From positions 1,700,768-1,764,767 of the forward strand of contig CAVNZM010000003.1 of assembly GCA_963693365.1 (NCBI GenBank): a stretch of 64,000 bases of DNA, given 5' to 3'. The position numbers were made by a program, and so were the translations under genes. The DNA comes from Amoebidium appalachense. Lineage: Eukaryota; Protista; Ichthyosporea. Positions 1-18,711 of the stretch are shown here, in pieces. The notes below the pieces were generated by a model. That model saw only the letters and a program-made list of their open reading frames with translations. It was not told the DNA's origin and did no database searches. Every line of letters starts with the position of its first letter. Positions within the stretch are counted from its first letter, which is position 1.

Positions 1-737
1 CCGCGGAGCGTAGACACTGAACCCCACCGAAGGCCAAACAGGTAGCTGGCAGCCACGGCCCCCAACCACCGGGCACCGTCGCCTGACGTGTGCCCCCGCT
101 GCAACAAGCCGGTGAACCAGGAAGCGTCGAAACGCGACAACTCCGCTGGCGGGGGCCGAACTTTGAGCACGGCGGACGAATAGGACTTCTTGACCATGGC
201 GATGGTGGAGGCGTCGACATATGGCAGACGCCAGAGCTCATGCACCTTGCGCAGGGCGGAAAACTTGCTGTCCAGACTTGGAGGTTCGTACCCTTGTTTG
301 AACAGGTCGGCAGCATAGGCCAGCAGGGTGCCGGACGATGTCGGCCACGGCTGCAGACGGTTGGCGGCACAAAATTGGACGTATCGATACACATCTGACT
401 GATAGACTCTCCAGGTCTTGTCGCTAAGAAAACCCTCCAGCAACAAACTGGCCTCGGCCCGAACCCCTTCCGGCATAGAGGCCACCACAGCTGCCTTCCA
501 TTCCTGGAAGTTGCCCAGGGCAGGGGCCCGCAACGGGCCCACCGGCACCGGTGTTGGCGTCAGGGCAGCCGGCCTGGCCGGGGGCGGAGGAGGGAGGGGA
601 GAGGCTGCGGGGGCCGGCGGTGGCGGTTCGGGCGCGGGGTCTGGCTGGTTAACGTTGTCGACTGGGCCTGGCTGCGGCGCCGGGACTGGCCGTTGGGCCG
701 GCACGGGCGGATAGAAATTTATAAACGCATGCAACAT
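1..737 (-). CDS. Tyrosine recombinase of a DIRS/VIPER/Crypton-type element, truncated by the window edge (absent from the ORF track)
   Basis: ATG at 737-735 with an in-frame TAA just upstream; the frame stays open to position 1. Hand translation gives a Pro-rich N-terminus, then a Cre-like core-binding region (LSDKTWRVYQSDVYRYVQFCAANRLQPWPTSSGTLLAYAADLFKQGYEPPSLDSKFSALRKVHELW), then a Box I-like segment (AVAASYLFGLRWGSVSTLR) with the first catalytic Arg. Confidence 0.85.
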   Translation of the reverse strand, partial: MLHAFINFYPPVPAQRPVPAPQPGPVDNVNQPDPAPEPPPPAPAASPLPPPPPARPAALTPTPVPVGPLRAPALGNFQEWKAAVVASMPEGVRAEASLLLEGFLSDKTWRVYQSDVYRYVQFCAANRLQPWPTSSGTLLAYAADLFKQGYEPPSLDSKFSALRKVHELWRLPYVDASTIAMVKKSYSSAVLKVRPPPAELSRFDASWFTGLLQRGHTSGDGARWLGAVAASYLFGLRWGSVSTLR

Positions 738-837
738 GATTTAATATTTTCCCCAAACTAATGTACAGTAATATACAAGAGGCGACGAGCGCACTGCCCG
801 CCGCAAGTGCCCCGGCCCACTGGCCGGGGGTGCGGCA

Positions 838-1581
838 CTACTGCCGCGAGGCACCGCCGGTCGTCATGCCGGCGGCGCCCCCGCTGGGGGGAGGCCCACG
901 GCCCCCTGCCCCTTTTCCGTCCATGCCCCCACGTGGGGCACCACCATCGCTGCCACCGGCCCCCTTGGCACGCTGCACCAGGTTGAGCTCGGCCTCTTTC
1001 TTTCTTGCCTCCGCGAGGGCCCTGGACCATCTTGACGAGAGCTGGGGGTAATAGTCGCGCTCCATATTGGCCCGCACGACCTGGGCAAACGCACCACCCA
1101 CAGTAGCCCTGATGTGCTGGTAAGTCACACGGTCGCCTACCAGGTTGAGGATGTCGCCCACCATGCTCCATGTCAGGTCGAGACGCCGCCGCAGGTGGGT
1201 AGCTTCGTCTTCATCGGGCAGCCGTGGCATAGCAGCCACGGCCCGGGCGTTGTAGAGATGCAGGAGGGCGTTGCCCAAGCCCCCAGCAAACTCCACTTCT
1301 TCACGGACCGCCTGGCTGAGTTCACTGCGCTCAAACCCTAGGTACTCAACAGGAATCGGACCGGGCCCGTTGCTGAGGGAGTCCTCCACCAGGAACCGGG
1401 CAAAGCCGCTGAAGGCAGGGTGCATGGTTACCAAAGCTTGGCGTTGCACCGGCACCAACGGCAGTTCGGAGAAGCCCCAGTTGCGCCCAAGTCGCTCACG
1501 GCGGGCCTCGTTACTCTCGACAGCATCGCCAGAAATGAGGCGGCGGAGCTCCGCAAGATAAGCTGAGTAGTTGGCGTCCAT
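838..1581 (-). CDS. gag-like ORF1 of the tyrosine-recombinase element
   Basis: Intronless GC-rich ~247-aa ORF (ATG 1581-1579). It has a helical-looking body and a basic, Gly/Arg-rich tail, and lies 100 bp upstream of the recombinase on the same strand. The gag identity is inferred from position and composition; no CCHC knuckle is seen. Confidence 0.55.
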   Translation of the reverse strand: MDANYSAYLAELRRLISGDAVESNEARRERLGRNWGFSELPLVPVQRQALVTMHPAFSGFARFLVEDSLSNGPGPIPVEYLGFERSELSQAVREEVEFAGGLGNALLHLYNARAVAAMPRLPDEDEATHLRRRLDLTWSMVGDILNLVGDRVTYQHIRATVGGAFAQVVRANMERDYYPQLSSRWSRALAEARKKEAELNLVQRAKGAGGSDGGAPRGGMDGKGAGGRGPPPSGGAAGMTTGGASRQ

Positions 1582-1879
1582 TCTAGTCACTACTAGAGTG
1601 GCGGGAGCAACGACGTGCAGGACGAAAAGTTATAAGTATACAGGCGCACTGCCACAAGATTGCTACCTAATCACCAACCGTCACTGCTAGAGAGAGCAGC
1701 GACGGGGGACAAAAAGTGAGGGTGATTTAACCATCACCCGCTTTTTATAGTACCCTTAAAAGCTCCTACTGTGCCTATTGGGTGATCACTTCGATCTCCC
1801 AATATGGCACTACTAAGTTTAGAAAATCTGGATTTCCCAAATCAACGATTCGACTTGACTATTCAAGTTTAACGGGGGG

Positions 1880-3575
1880 TTGCCTTCCAAGGCCCCACCC
1901 GCCCTCTTTTTCGCCGACGATATTGTGCTTATGTCATCCGATCCTATCGAATTACGGCAATATATACGTGTGGTTGAACACTGGTGCCAGCGTAATGATA
2001 TGAAGGTTAACGTTAAAAAGTGTGCCCTTTTATCAAAATCCATCCCAACCTGGGACGACGTTTGTGTTTTCGGCAGTCCCCTCCCTCACCCAATCGAATA
2101 CAAGTATTTGGGGATTTGTGACGTAGATATACATCGAGTCACCCCAGACACGGAAGCCCCCCAGAAAAAAATAAAAAGATCAATAAACACCGGGACCTGG
2201 CGTCCTCAGTCCGGGGCACTCCGGGCCTTGTCCAAAACATATTTCTTGTCGACGAAAGCTGTGACCATCCGTCCCCCATCCGACTTTCATCCGTGTTCAA
2301 ATTCATGTTCCCATCACATTTCGATGTCGCGAAGTTCCCGAATGGGGCATATTTTTCAAACGGATGATCGACCGTCGGGTGGAGAGTGCAGGCAGGTGTC
2401 TTCGGTTATTTAGGGATGTGTATCTTGCTAATCTTTTTAATACTAGTTCACCTATATATACAACCGTCTTAGTATATTTCGCACATATATTCGCCCTTTG
2501 TCTGAATACGGGTTGCCCTTACTAGCGATGGCACCCCCTGATACTGTTGATAATGTCCTCCAATCAATAGATGATTCCCACTACACAACTTGTTGTACGG
2601 TTCTCACTGGTCTTTCCACGCCTATCCCTCATAGCGCAGACGCCTTTTTGATTCTCTCTACGCACTCACACCACCATCACAACGCGTACACGAATAAGCC
2701 CTTAAAATTCACGAGCACATCACCCGCCTAGCTAGCCTGTCCGCTTGTGCCTCGGACCACCCGCTCTTCCGGCTACACGGAGTCCCCGCCGGACTCGCCC
2801 CTCGACCTCTTCCCTTCCACATCGTCTCTGCCCATCATTGTCGAGCGTTATGCGGAATGGCTGGCGACCCCACCGGAGGTACGCTAGATCATAGTGTGAA
2901 TATGAATAGCTATAGTTTCAAGTCTATGGCTGATAGATATCTTTTTACTCTACGTGTTGAGTCCCTTCCTGTGTTAGGACCGCAAAAACACCAACTACTA
3001 GTAGCCTATATGGCGGATATGGTTAGAGGGTATCGTTCCTCAGGCTACATAGATTCGTTTATTCGTAATGTGCTGTGGTGTAAAAACGCAAAGATGATTA
3101 TGGCTTGGCGGTGTAGCTATAGTCGGTTTCTGGTGTCTCCTGCTCGTATGTGTAATATGTGTGGGGGGCGGTTTACTCGCGGATGCATATCGATCAAAAA
3201 GTGTAACCTGTTAGCTAACGAGATAGGGAGCCCCTACGTAATAGAACCGGAGGTTATTGGCGGTTTTATTCTCTTTTCTCCCTCTCTTCCTCAATATATC
3301 CGTTTTAAAATGATTATCCTAGATCACCTTAATAATGCTGGACAGTATGATATTGTGATACGGTGCCTTAACTTTCTTTCGGATCCGGAGCTACCGATGC
3401 TAGCCTCTAGATCTGCTTGCCCATAATATGTAATAGGGGTGTCGTATACTACGATGGCGCTAATTGTTGCCTCGCATGTACATATGTCACTAGCTGAATT
3501 TGATTGGCTGCGCTGGAAAAACGCAGTAGGCCGTCGAGTGTGGCTGGCCCCTCGGCAGTGTCCACGCAAAAAAAA
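1880..3575 (+). mobile_element. 5'-truncated, decayed non-LTR retrotransposon (LINE): RT C-terminal half plus Cys-containing tail
   Basis: Motifs ALFFADDIVL, WCQRNDMKVNVKKC, YKYLGI, RLSIFRTYIRPLSEYGLPLL, and C-terminal AWR..CNMCGGRFTRGC..ILDHLNN. There is an insertion at 2117-2330, frameshifts near 2455 and 2650, and an in-frame TAA near 2695. A short A-run at 3568-3575 follows a ~140-nt 3' UTR. Confidence 0.85.
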
Positions 3576-3584
3576 GTGTGTAAA

Positions 3585-3873
3585 CCCCCGACTACGACTA
3601 CGACTAAAGTCAGTGGCCTCCCAACGACTACGACTACGACTAAACTGACGACTTTCATATGATGATGGGGGAGCCCGGTGACCCTGTCCTCCCCCCCCCC
3701 CCCCCCCCCCCCCCCCACTTCAGGCTCACACCCTCCCACCGGTACCCTCCCCCCACCCAACTCGTGGGGCCTATAGTCGTACGTGGCAACCTCGGCGAAT
3801 CGACTCCGACTACACGACTTTGCAATTTCAGTGACTACGACTGACGACTAATAGTCAAGTCGGTACATCCCTG
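3585..3873. repeat. Probable terminus of a non-autonomous DNA transposon with CGACTA/CGACT subterminal repeats
   Basis: Clustered CGACTA(CGACTA) motifs at 3589-3650 and 3800-3850, ending in ...GTCGGTACATCCCTG. No matching opposite terminus was found. Confidence 0.4.
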
Positions 3874-4050
3874 CCCCAGATGCTACGTTCGACTTGTCAA
3901 TGAACGAAGTCTGCAGAGTATCATGATCATAGGAGCTCGAGGCCTTGCAATGAGGGCATGGTGACAACCGGCCATCAAAGTTGACTTGTAAGGCTTTCGA
4001 CAGAAATATACCTGCTGAAATATAGGAGAAACTCTGCCCACGAGTCATGG

Positions 4051-4372
4051 AGGGGTCAACCACACGAGCTGAATTATTCTGCTGTAGCAGAATTATTCCG
4101 CTGGTAGCAGAATTACGCTACTACCAGCAGAATTACTCAGCTGGTGCTTGGGGCAGATCTATTTAGACGCAACAGGTGAAGAGCCACGCGTTCGACGGAA
4201 TTCCGTTCCCGTGCATATGAAAGTAGCGCACCGTGCGCTACGTTTTGGCATCACGTGAAGCGTTCTAAGCCAATCAGTACGGTTTTGATCTAATGCTGAT
4301 GCGCTTTCTAACACGTACTGACGTGTTGCCGCACGTGCGACGTTTAACACATCGACTCAGGCGGTCCCTTTT

Positions 4373-4413
<41 letters not shown>

Positions 4414-4686
4414 AAGGAGACACCGCCTCAGTAGGTGGAAGATGCGCTTACTGCCAATCATAACAAATGGAATGCGGAAGAGGCTTTTCCTAGGCACGTG
4501 AGCATTTTTGATGATGGCGACAAAACCGACCATCAAGTTGAATTACTGTTCGAAGCAGATTTTAGTGCCCTCGAAGCAGAATTATGCAGCCAAAGCAGAA
4601 TTACGCTGCTACCAGCAGAATTACGCCGCTACCAGCAGAATTACGCTGCTACCAGCAGAATAATTCAGCTCGTGTGGTTGACCCCT
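4051..4686. mobile_element. MITE with 34-bp perfect terminal inverted repeats (PIF/Harbinger-like termini)
   Basis: AGGGGTCAACCACACGAGCTGAATTATTCTGCTG at 4051-4084 is the exact reverse complement of 4653-4686. ~20-bp subterminal repeats (AGCAGAATTACGCTGCTACC) occur at both ends. The flanks (TGG / TGA) are not a clean TSD, so the superfamily is tentative. Confidence 0.85.
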
Positions 4687-4888
4687 TGATGGGAGAACAC
4701 CTGCCCGGGATTTCGACCCATGTTGATGTACTGACGAGTTGTTGAACTAATATATATTAGGCTGCTCGGCACTCCCCACCAACGCCCAATACTTAGGTTG
4801 GGCACATGCTAGCTCTGTCTCACGAAACGCAACTCTGCCGACTTATCCCAAGATTCAACATTCCAACATAAGGGAGAAACTTTGAAAC

Positions 4889-5961
4889 ATGACCGATCCG
4901 AGCGCCTCTTTATCGTTAGAGCAGCAGGTAGTGACGGTAATAGTGTGGTACCATGAATGGTCACGGGAGCAGAGGGGGGACTTTTTCCGTCGGCTGATGA
5001 ACGAGACGTGCTATCTGCCCGATCCGCTCTCTGCCTTGCTGTCTACATTGGAGATTCATAACGAGGTGTGTCTGAATCACTCAGCTTTGTAACTTTTTTC
5101 GTTACCAACAACCCAGGCGCCCCTGCCATATTGCCATGACCCCCATCATCCACCCGGATTACCCTGCCTTGCTCTCCTGTCTCTCTCTCTCTTCCTTTCG
5201 CTCTCTCTCTCTTCCCCCCCCCCCCCCCCCCCCCCCCATCCCCCCCCCCTCTCCCCTCCCCCCAAAAAAATATATAAACATACATACCTATGGATATATA
5301 TATATATATCATCTTCAGTATGTCCCTTCCTTCGCTCACTCCCTCCCTCTCTCCCTCCCTCACTCATTCCTCTCTCCTCTCCCACTCTCGCTCCCCCCCC
5401 CCCCCCCCTCTTGCTCACTTCTCTTTCTCTCTCTCTCGCTGTCGCCCCCCCTCCTCCCTCTCTTCCCCTCCCTTAAGGTCCCTTCCCCCCCCCCCCCCCC
5501 CTCTCTCCCTCTCTCTCGCTGTCTCTCTGACTCTCCTCCCCCTCCCCCCCCCCCTCTATCTCGCTCTCTCTCTCGTCATCTCTCTCTCTTCCCCTCTCCC
5601 TTCTCTTTCCACTAATAATCCTGCCGTAGGTCCTAGGTTTTTCCGTACAATCGCTGCACATATAGTACGTTCTCTGTTCGAGAGGTTGTTCCACTCCTCT
5701 AATGCCTCCTCCTCACCCACATGGCAACTGGTTGTTCCTGTCTTCGACTCTCCCTCCTGGTGCCATTGCGGCCTTGACCCAACCCTCTCTTTCCTACTCT
5801 CCCACTCCCTTTCCTACCCTCCCCCCCTCCCCCTCCCCCCCCTGCCCCTTGCCACACACATGGGGCCCAACACCACTAACACCCACGCAACAACCCCACT
5901 TCTTCGTTTCTCGACCTCCCCTGATCCTAGACTTTCTCTGAGACTCTCTCTTTCTCTCTCG

Positions 5962-6014
<53 letters not shown>

Positions 6015-6540
6015 CCCCCTCTCTCTCCCCCCCCCCCCCCCCCCCCCCCCGCTCTCTCTCTCTCTCCCTCTCTGCATCTTCTGCCATTCAGCACGTCTGC
6101 CAAGTTGCCTGCATGGTCGTGCCCTTCAAGGTCTGCCTCTTCTCCTAGTTATACCTCCTCTCCCTTTCACTTCCGCCTATCAATCTTCTGTTTGGCCAAC
6201 CGATACCCCCCTCCCCTTCCCCCCGCCCTCCTTCCTTGCCCCCGACCCTCCCCCCCTCCCCGCTCCCCCGCCACCATCCTCCTTCTCCTCGAATTCCTTC
6301 CCTTGCCTGCTCCCACCCTAGTAACACCTTAACCACCCTTTTGGGAAATGTTTGCAGGATGAGCCAGGTACAGACCCAACCACCTTCAACCAACAAATGA
6401 AGTACTTTCTCCGCTGGTTGCTCAATTGGTCACAACCCCAACGGCAATGGTTTATGCATTCACTGCACACAATCGACCCAGACCTTTCTACCCCGTACCT
6501 AGCAACTATGGCTCAGCTGGGCCATAATTGGTTACCGTGA
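4889..6540 (+). CDS. C14orf119 / DUF4508-like protein, 119 aa, 2 exons
   Basis: Exons 4889-5065 and 6358-6540 are joined by a phase-0 GT-AG intron. The product has the twice-repeated W-x3-W-S-x2-Q-R-x2-F pattern (WYHEWSREQRGDF; WLLNWSQPQRQWF) and a following DPD, as in animal C14orf119. Confidence 0.8.
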
Positions 6541-6720
6541 AACGTGCATGTGCTATGGCTTACAAGTGAATGCATACATCAAACACCTCACACATTTGCT
6601 GTAGACTCATCCTGCTCATCCTTGATATTACACCAAAGCAATATATACACATGGATGTTTAATTGGCGTCCTGCTCTGATACGTTTCTCACCACATGCAC
6701 GGTGAACCCCCCCCCCCCCC

Positions 6721-6772
<52 letters not shown>

Positions 6773-6845
6773 CCTCTCCCTCTCCCTCTCCCTCTCTCTC
6801 TCTCTCTCTGTCTCTCCCTCTCCCTCTCCCTCCCTCCCTCCCTCC

Positions 6846-6883
<38 letters not shown>

Positions 6884-6958
6884 GCCCTCTCCCTCTCCCT
6901 CTCTCTCTCTCTGTGTGTGTGTGTGTCTCTCTCTCTCTTTCTCTCTCTCTCTCTCCCC

Positions 6959-7048
<90 letters not shown>

Positions 7049-9562
7049 ACACACCCACCCATCCCCACGGCTCGGGCTGATGGTTTTGAATCTTAATATT
7101 AACAAGACCTGCAAGTACGCTCCTCTTTCAGGACTTCTCACCCACAATTAGGCAACTGCAATCTGAGGCACAAAAAGCTGCAAAAGCCTGCCCCCCCTCC
7201 CCCCTCCCCCACCCCTCGAGGAGCTCCTCCCGGCCCCCTCCCCCCTCCCCCTCCGGGCCCCGCCAACCCCCACCCCACCCCGGCAGCTGCACCTAGCCCG
7301 TCCCCCCTGCACTGGGTTTCTTCTCCCTTCTCCTACGAATGCTGTTAGTTTCTGGTGCTCTCCGGCTCAGCTCACTTATAGCAGGATGTGGAATTTCCAC
7401 TTTGCTGGTAGCTTTTCCAGCCCAGAAATAGTTCCCCTGACCGTTCTGGCGAGCGTGCACTTTTTACACAGTTTTTTCCCTGCTTATTATGAGACTGCTT
7501 GGTAAGTGGGAATCAAGTGGTCAGTGGTATAGTGCTCTTCTTTCAAGGCTTCGCAGGGTGCCACCACCGTATACGGTGAACGGGACAAGCCAAGTTCGAA
7601 ACTGCAGCAGTTCGTGCACAAAACATAGAGCACATTCTTACACATTGCTGAAGAGCGCTGCAAAACCACGTCTTTGTAATTGGAGGCACGATTAGAGGGT
7701 TATAATTCTTGAAAGCTCTTTGTACGTATTAGAAACACAAAGAAATAATTGCTGTTGATTTAAATTAGTAAGCCAAAGAAATAATCGCTATTAATTTAAT
7801 ATTAGTAAGCCAGTTCTTATATTGTTGTTTTTTACTACATTGTATGTATGCTCGTTATGGCATGTTGGCTAATTCTGGGAGCATCCTGAGCCCACCGTTT
7901 GCCGCCTTACGGATCGGGTTCGCAGGGTTTGCCTTACGAATCGTATTGGCCCAAAATACGATTTAGAAAACCCCGCAATACGATTACAAAAGGGGCATCC
8001 AATTAGTGAAAACGACTCTGAAGGGTGTCAAAATGCTCGAAACTTTCTTAAATACGATTAAGAGGGCCAAACCCTGGCAACCCCTGCGGATTCGGATGAC
8101 AACAATGCTTTTCATTGGACTCTCGAACCCACCAACATTAAAATGGTAAATCACCCTTGCTCTGTATAAGGGGTTTAAAAGTGCTCCCGCCACTCTTTCA
8201 TTTTTTTCTTTTGACTGGATTTATTCGACGGAAAGATATGCAAGTATTGATGGTTGCACTTTCACTTCGATCTCTTAGCTTTCACGTCAACTTTTTTTCC
8301 CGATTCTTCACCATGGCAGGTATATAAAGGCTTTCGTTTCTTCTTTTTGTGGTGGGAGGGAGTCCCACTCAGGGGAACGTGCGTGCAGCGTGTGTGTGAT
8401 GTGGCCTGGTGTATTCCTACTGCTGTGAGAGTGTGGGGGCATCTCCCTTTCGCGGAGCTTCTTGCTTGAGAAGTGGTTTCTTCAACGCCTCGTGATCCAC
8501 TGCAACCCACGGTAACTTCTACACGCTGTCTATGCTTCTACGCGACCTATTGGCGGTGGGCTGCTGCAACTTCTTCAGCTACTTCGTGAGTGAAGGGGCG
8601 GCTACTGGGTCGTCGGGGAGCTTTCCCAGTGACTGCCAGTTCTTAGCCTCCAGTCGTTAGGCAATGACCGGGTTTGCTTGCATGCATTCTGTAATTGTGT
8701 TTTCCTGTGTGTTCTGCCACAACTAGGACACCTTATCAGGGAATGCAGTTTCTGCGGGGTTTCTAGGGGCCGGGCCCGTGGGGATTGTTTTCTTGTTCGG
8801 ATTTGGTCTGCATTACTCTTTTAAAGGGCTGACTTGCTTGCTGTGCCCCGGTAGGTCTTGAGGGGGGCCTGTTGGGAAGCAGCAGTAATGATGTCTTCTT
8901 GCGGAGTGTGGTCTGGTCAACATAGATGCATCTGACTAGTTGGAGCAAACTAGTTTCACGCATACACGTGCACTTGTACCTTTGCCCGCTGGTGTCCTTT
9001 GGTCACTTGTTGTTTTATTTAATTTCATCACCTTGGCTTTTTCGAATTCGGTTATTCTGGTGGTCATGTAGCCTGTGGCTGCACGTTGCCTTCGTATCAA
9101 CTGATCAATAAATCCCAGTCAAGAGAAAAACATTGTTTTTGTTTTGAAGAGCCCCCCCTCTTTGAAAGCTTGTCATCGTTTTGAGAAGATCTCCACTGTT
9201 GACTTCGAAAAACCGCTCACGGACACAGCTCATTGTGATACAGGAGGCTAAGCTGCTCGTTATCGGCGTACTCGGAGAGGGACATGCATATTCAACGGGG
9301 AAAGAAAGGTTTTTGATAAGTAACCTTCGTGTTTGAGCTGGACGAGTACAGCAACCCTTAGAGTGTGACCATCGGTTACTTAGGTCGAACAGTAGTCTAG
9401 CTAGCTAACTTGCGGTCGTTTTCCTTGGCTAAATCGAGAGGTGAAACGACAAAGCTAAACAATCCTCCACACGACTAATAACCAAATACAGACAATAATT
9501 GGCTTCCTCAATTGCATGTTCAACCAACGCTAATAGCACTGGCTTTTAATCATCAAGCTACC

Positions 9563-16885
<7,323 letters not shown>

Positions 16886-17101
16886 TTTAATATCGTTTGT
16901 CGTTTTAGCGTTACCGTAAACGATAATTAGGTCGTTAAATTAGGTGCCTCCCCCCCTTCGGTTGTGGAGCCTGAGGACTTTCCTTATGGTCATGGTGGGC
17001 TCTGGAAGCAAGCCAATTGTTGTAACTTTTGGGTGGTTTTTTGTTTTATAATTGGGGTTTTCCGAGATTTTTGCTTCCATAATTTCAACCATCTAATGCA
17101 T

Positions 17102-17137
<36 letters not shown>

Positions 17138-17160
17138 ACGCCTCCCCACACACACACACA

Positions 17161-17191
<31 letters not shown>

Positions 17192-18058
17192 CACCTCACG
17201 GGCGTGCACATACATACACACAGAGAGATAGAGAGGGAGGGGGGGGGGGGGGGGGGGAGAGAGAGGGAGAGAGAGAGGGGGGGGGGGAGGGGGGGGGGGG
17301 GGGGGGGGGAGAGAGAGAGAGAGAGAGAGAGAGGGATGGAGGAGGGGAGGGAGAGAGAGAGAAAGTACTTTTTTTAAGGTTCAATCTGCTGGTATGCCTG
17401 ATGATACTAGTGACCTAATGGTATATATTATTCTGGTTTGCCGAATACGTATCGTTCAGTATAACCTTTTGTAAAGAACAGGCAAAACGTAGCTTGCTAA
17501 GCATTAGGCCTAGGACGATCATGTATATGTCCTTTCAGATTGATTAACACGATTCACCCTCTCAGTCCTCAAAGACTGAATGGTGTTGTTGTGCAGGTTG
17601 CCGTTATCATTTTTTTTTTGCATCCGAAGCAAATCGTGCCATGTTCGTCGTGATTTACTTTCCATTAGCTACTCATTTTTTTCTCTCGTGCATCAGACTC
17701 AGATACACAATCACACGAACACACATGGCACCCCTGGACCGTATACACACACAGTATAGGCTCAAATACATGATTGGCATATACGTATACACACAGAGGC
17801 ACACACACATACACATCCACACGTGCAGTACACTTTATAAAAGACATGTCACACACAAGCGAGCTACACACACCAACACATGCGCGCACAACCACACACC
17901 ATCATCCGTACACCCCGTTCTCCTACACACTCACCTTCTCAGAGTCTTATACACACACATCGACACGTACTGATGCTCAAACATCATACGTAAACAAACA
18001 TACGGAAAATGATCCTGAAGGCACACAACCACTATAATTCTCGTTTCTTCCAGACCAG

Positions 18059-18090
<32 letters not shown>

Positions 18091-18627
18091 TGGTTAGCAT
18101 TTACCTCTAGTATCCTACTTGAGCCTTTTCAGACCTCTCCTTCGAGAGGGCAGCCTCAAACCTTTCCTCCTCCTCCCCCCAGGCCCCCCTCTCCTCTTCC
18201 CCCCCCCCCCCCCCCCCCCCCTCTCCCCCTGCCATCGCTTTGCCGCTGTCGCCCGTTTCCCCTTCAAATTTAAACTTTGAACCCCCCTTTCCACTCTAGT
18301 AGTGAAATCCCCCCCCCCCCCCCCCCCCCCCCTTTCGGCCTCCCCCCACTCCACCTTCATATACCTTTCCCTCTTTCCACCCCTACACGTGCACCCTCTC
18401 CCATCGTCCAATGGATTTCCTTCCCTCCCCCTCTTCATCGAATTCCTCAAGCTGAGCCCCCTTCGCCCACTAGTCATCAGTCGGAATTCGAGTCTGCCAA
18501 TTGCAACCGGGTGGGCCCGATTCGAACCTTCTACGATTTTCGGCGACTGAGTCGTTGTGCCTTTGGGAACTCAGTTTATATCCATTCTTACCCCTCAGGT
18601 TGATGGGGGCCCCGATCGCAACAAAAT

Positions 18628-18711
18628 CTCGTGAAGTTTTTATTGTCTTCTCAGTATGCCGTGCATACTTGCATATCTTTCCGTCGAATAAATCCAGTCA
18701 AAAGAAAAAAA
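18628..18711 (+). repeat. Short dispersed repeat (copy 1) with hairpin, AATAAA and A-rich end
   Basis: Near-identical to 47235-47317. The 3' part recurs inverted at 8201-8247 and degenerate at 9106-9130. Confidence 0.8.

Noticed and set aside
90-1561. Plus-strand and alternate-frame ORFs over the YR element
   Set aside because: These are GC-rich shadow frames of the two minus-strand ORFs, with no motifs.
8254-9111. Short ORFs in 8.2-9.1 kb
   Set aside because: No recognisable motif and multiple stops in every frame; at most a decayed sequence.
18501-18620. Imperfect inverted repeat containing a B-box-like GGTTCGAATC on the minus strand
   Set aside because: The T-stem does not pair and no cloverleaf forms. 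It may be the body of the adjacent dispersed repeat, but that cannot be shown from this window.
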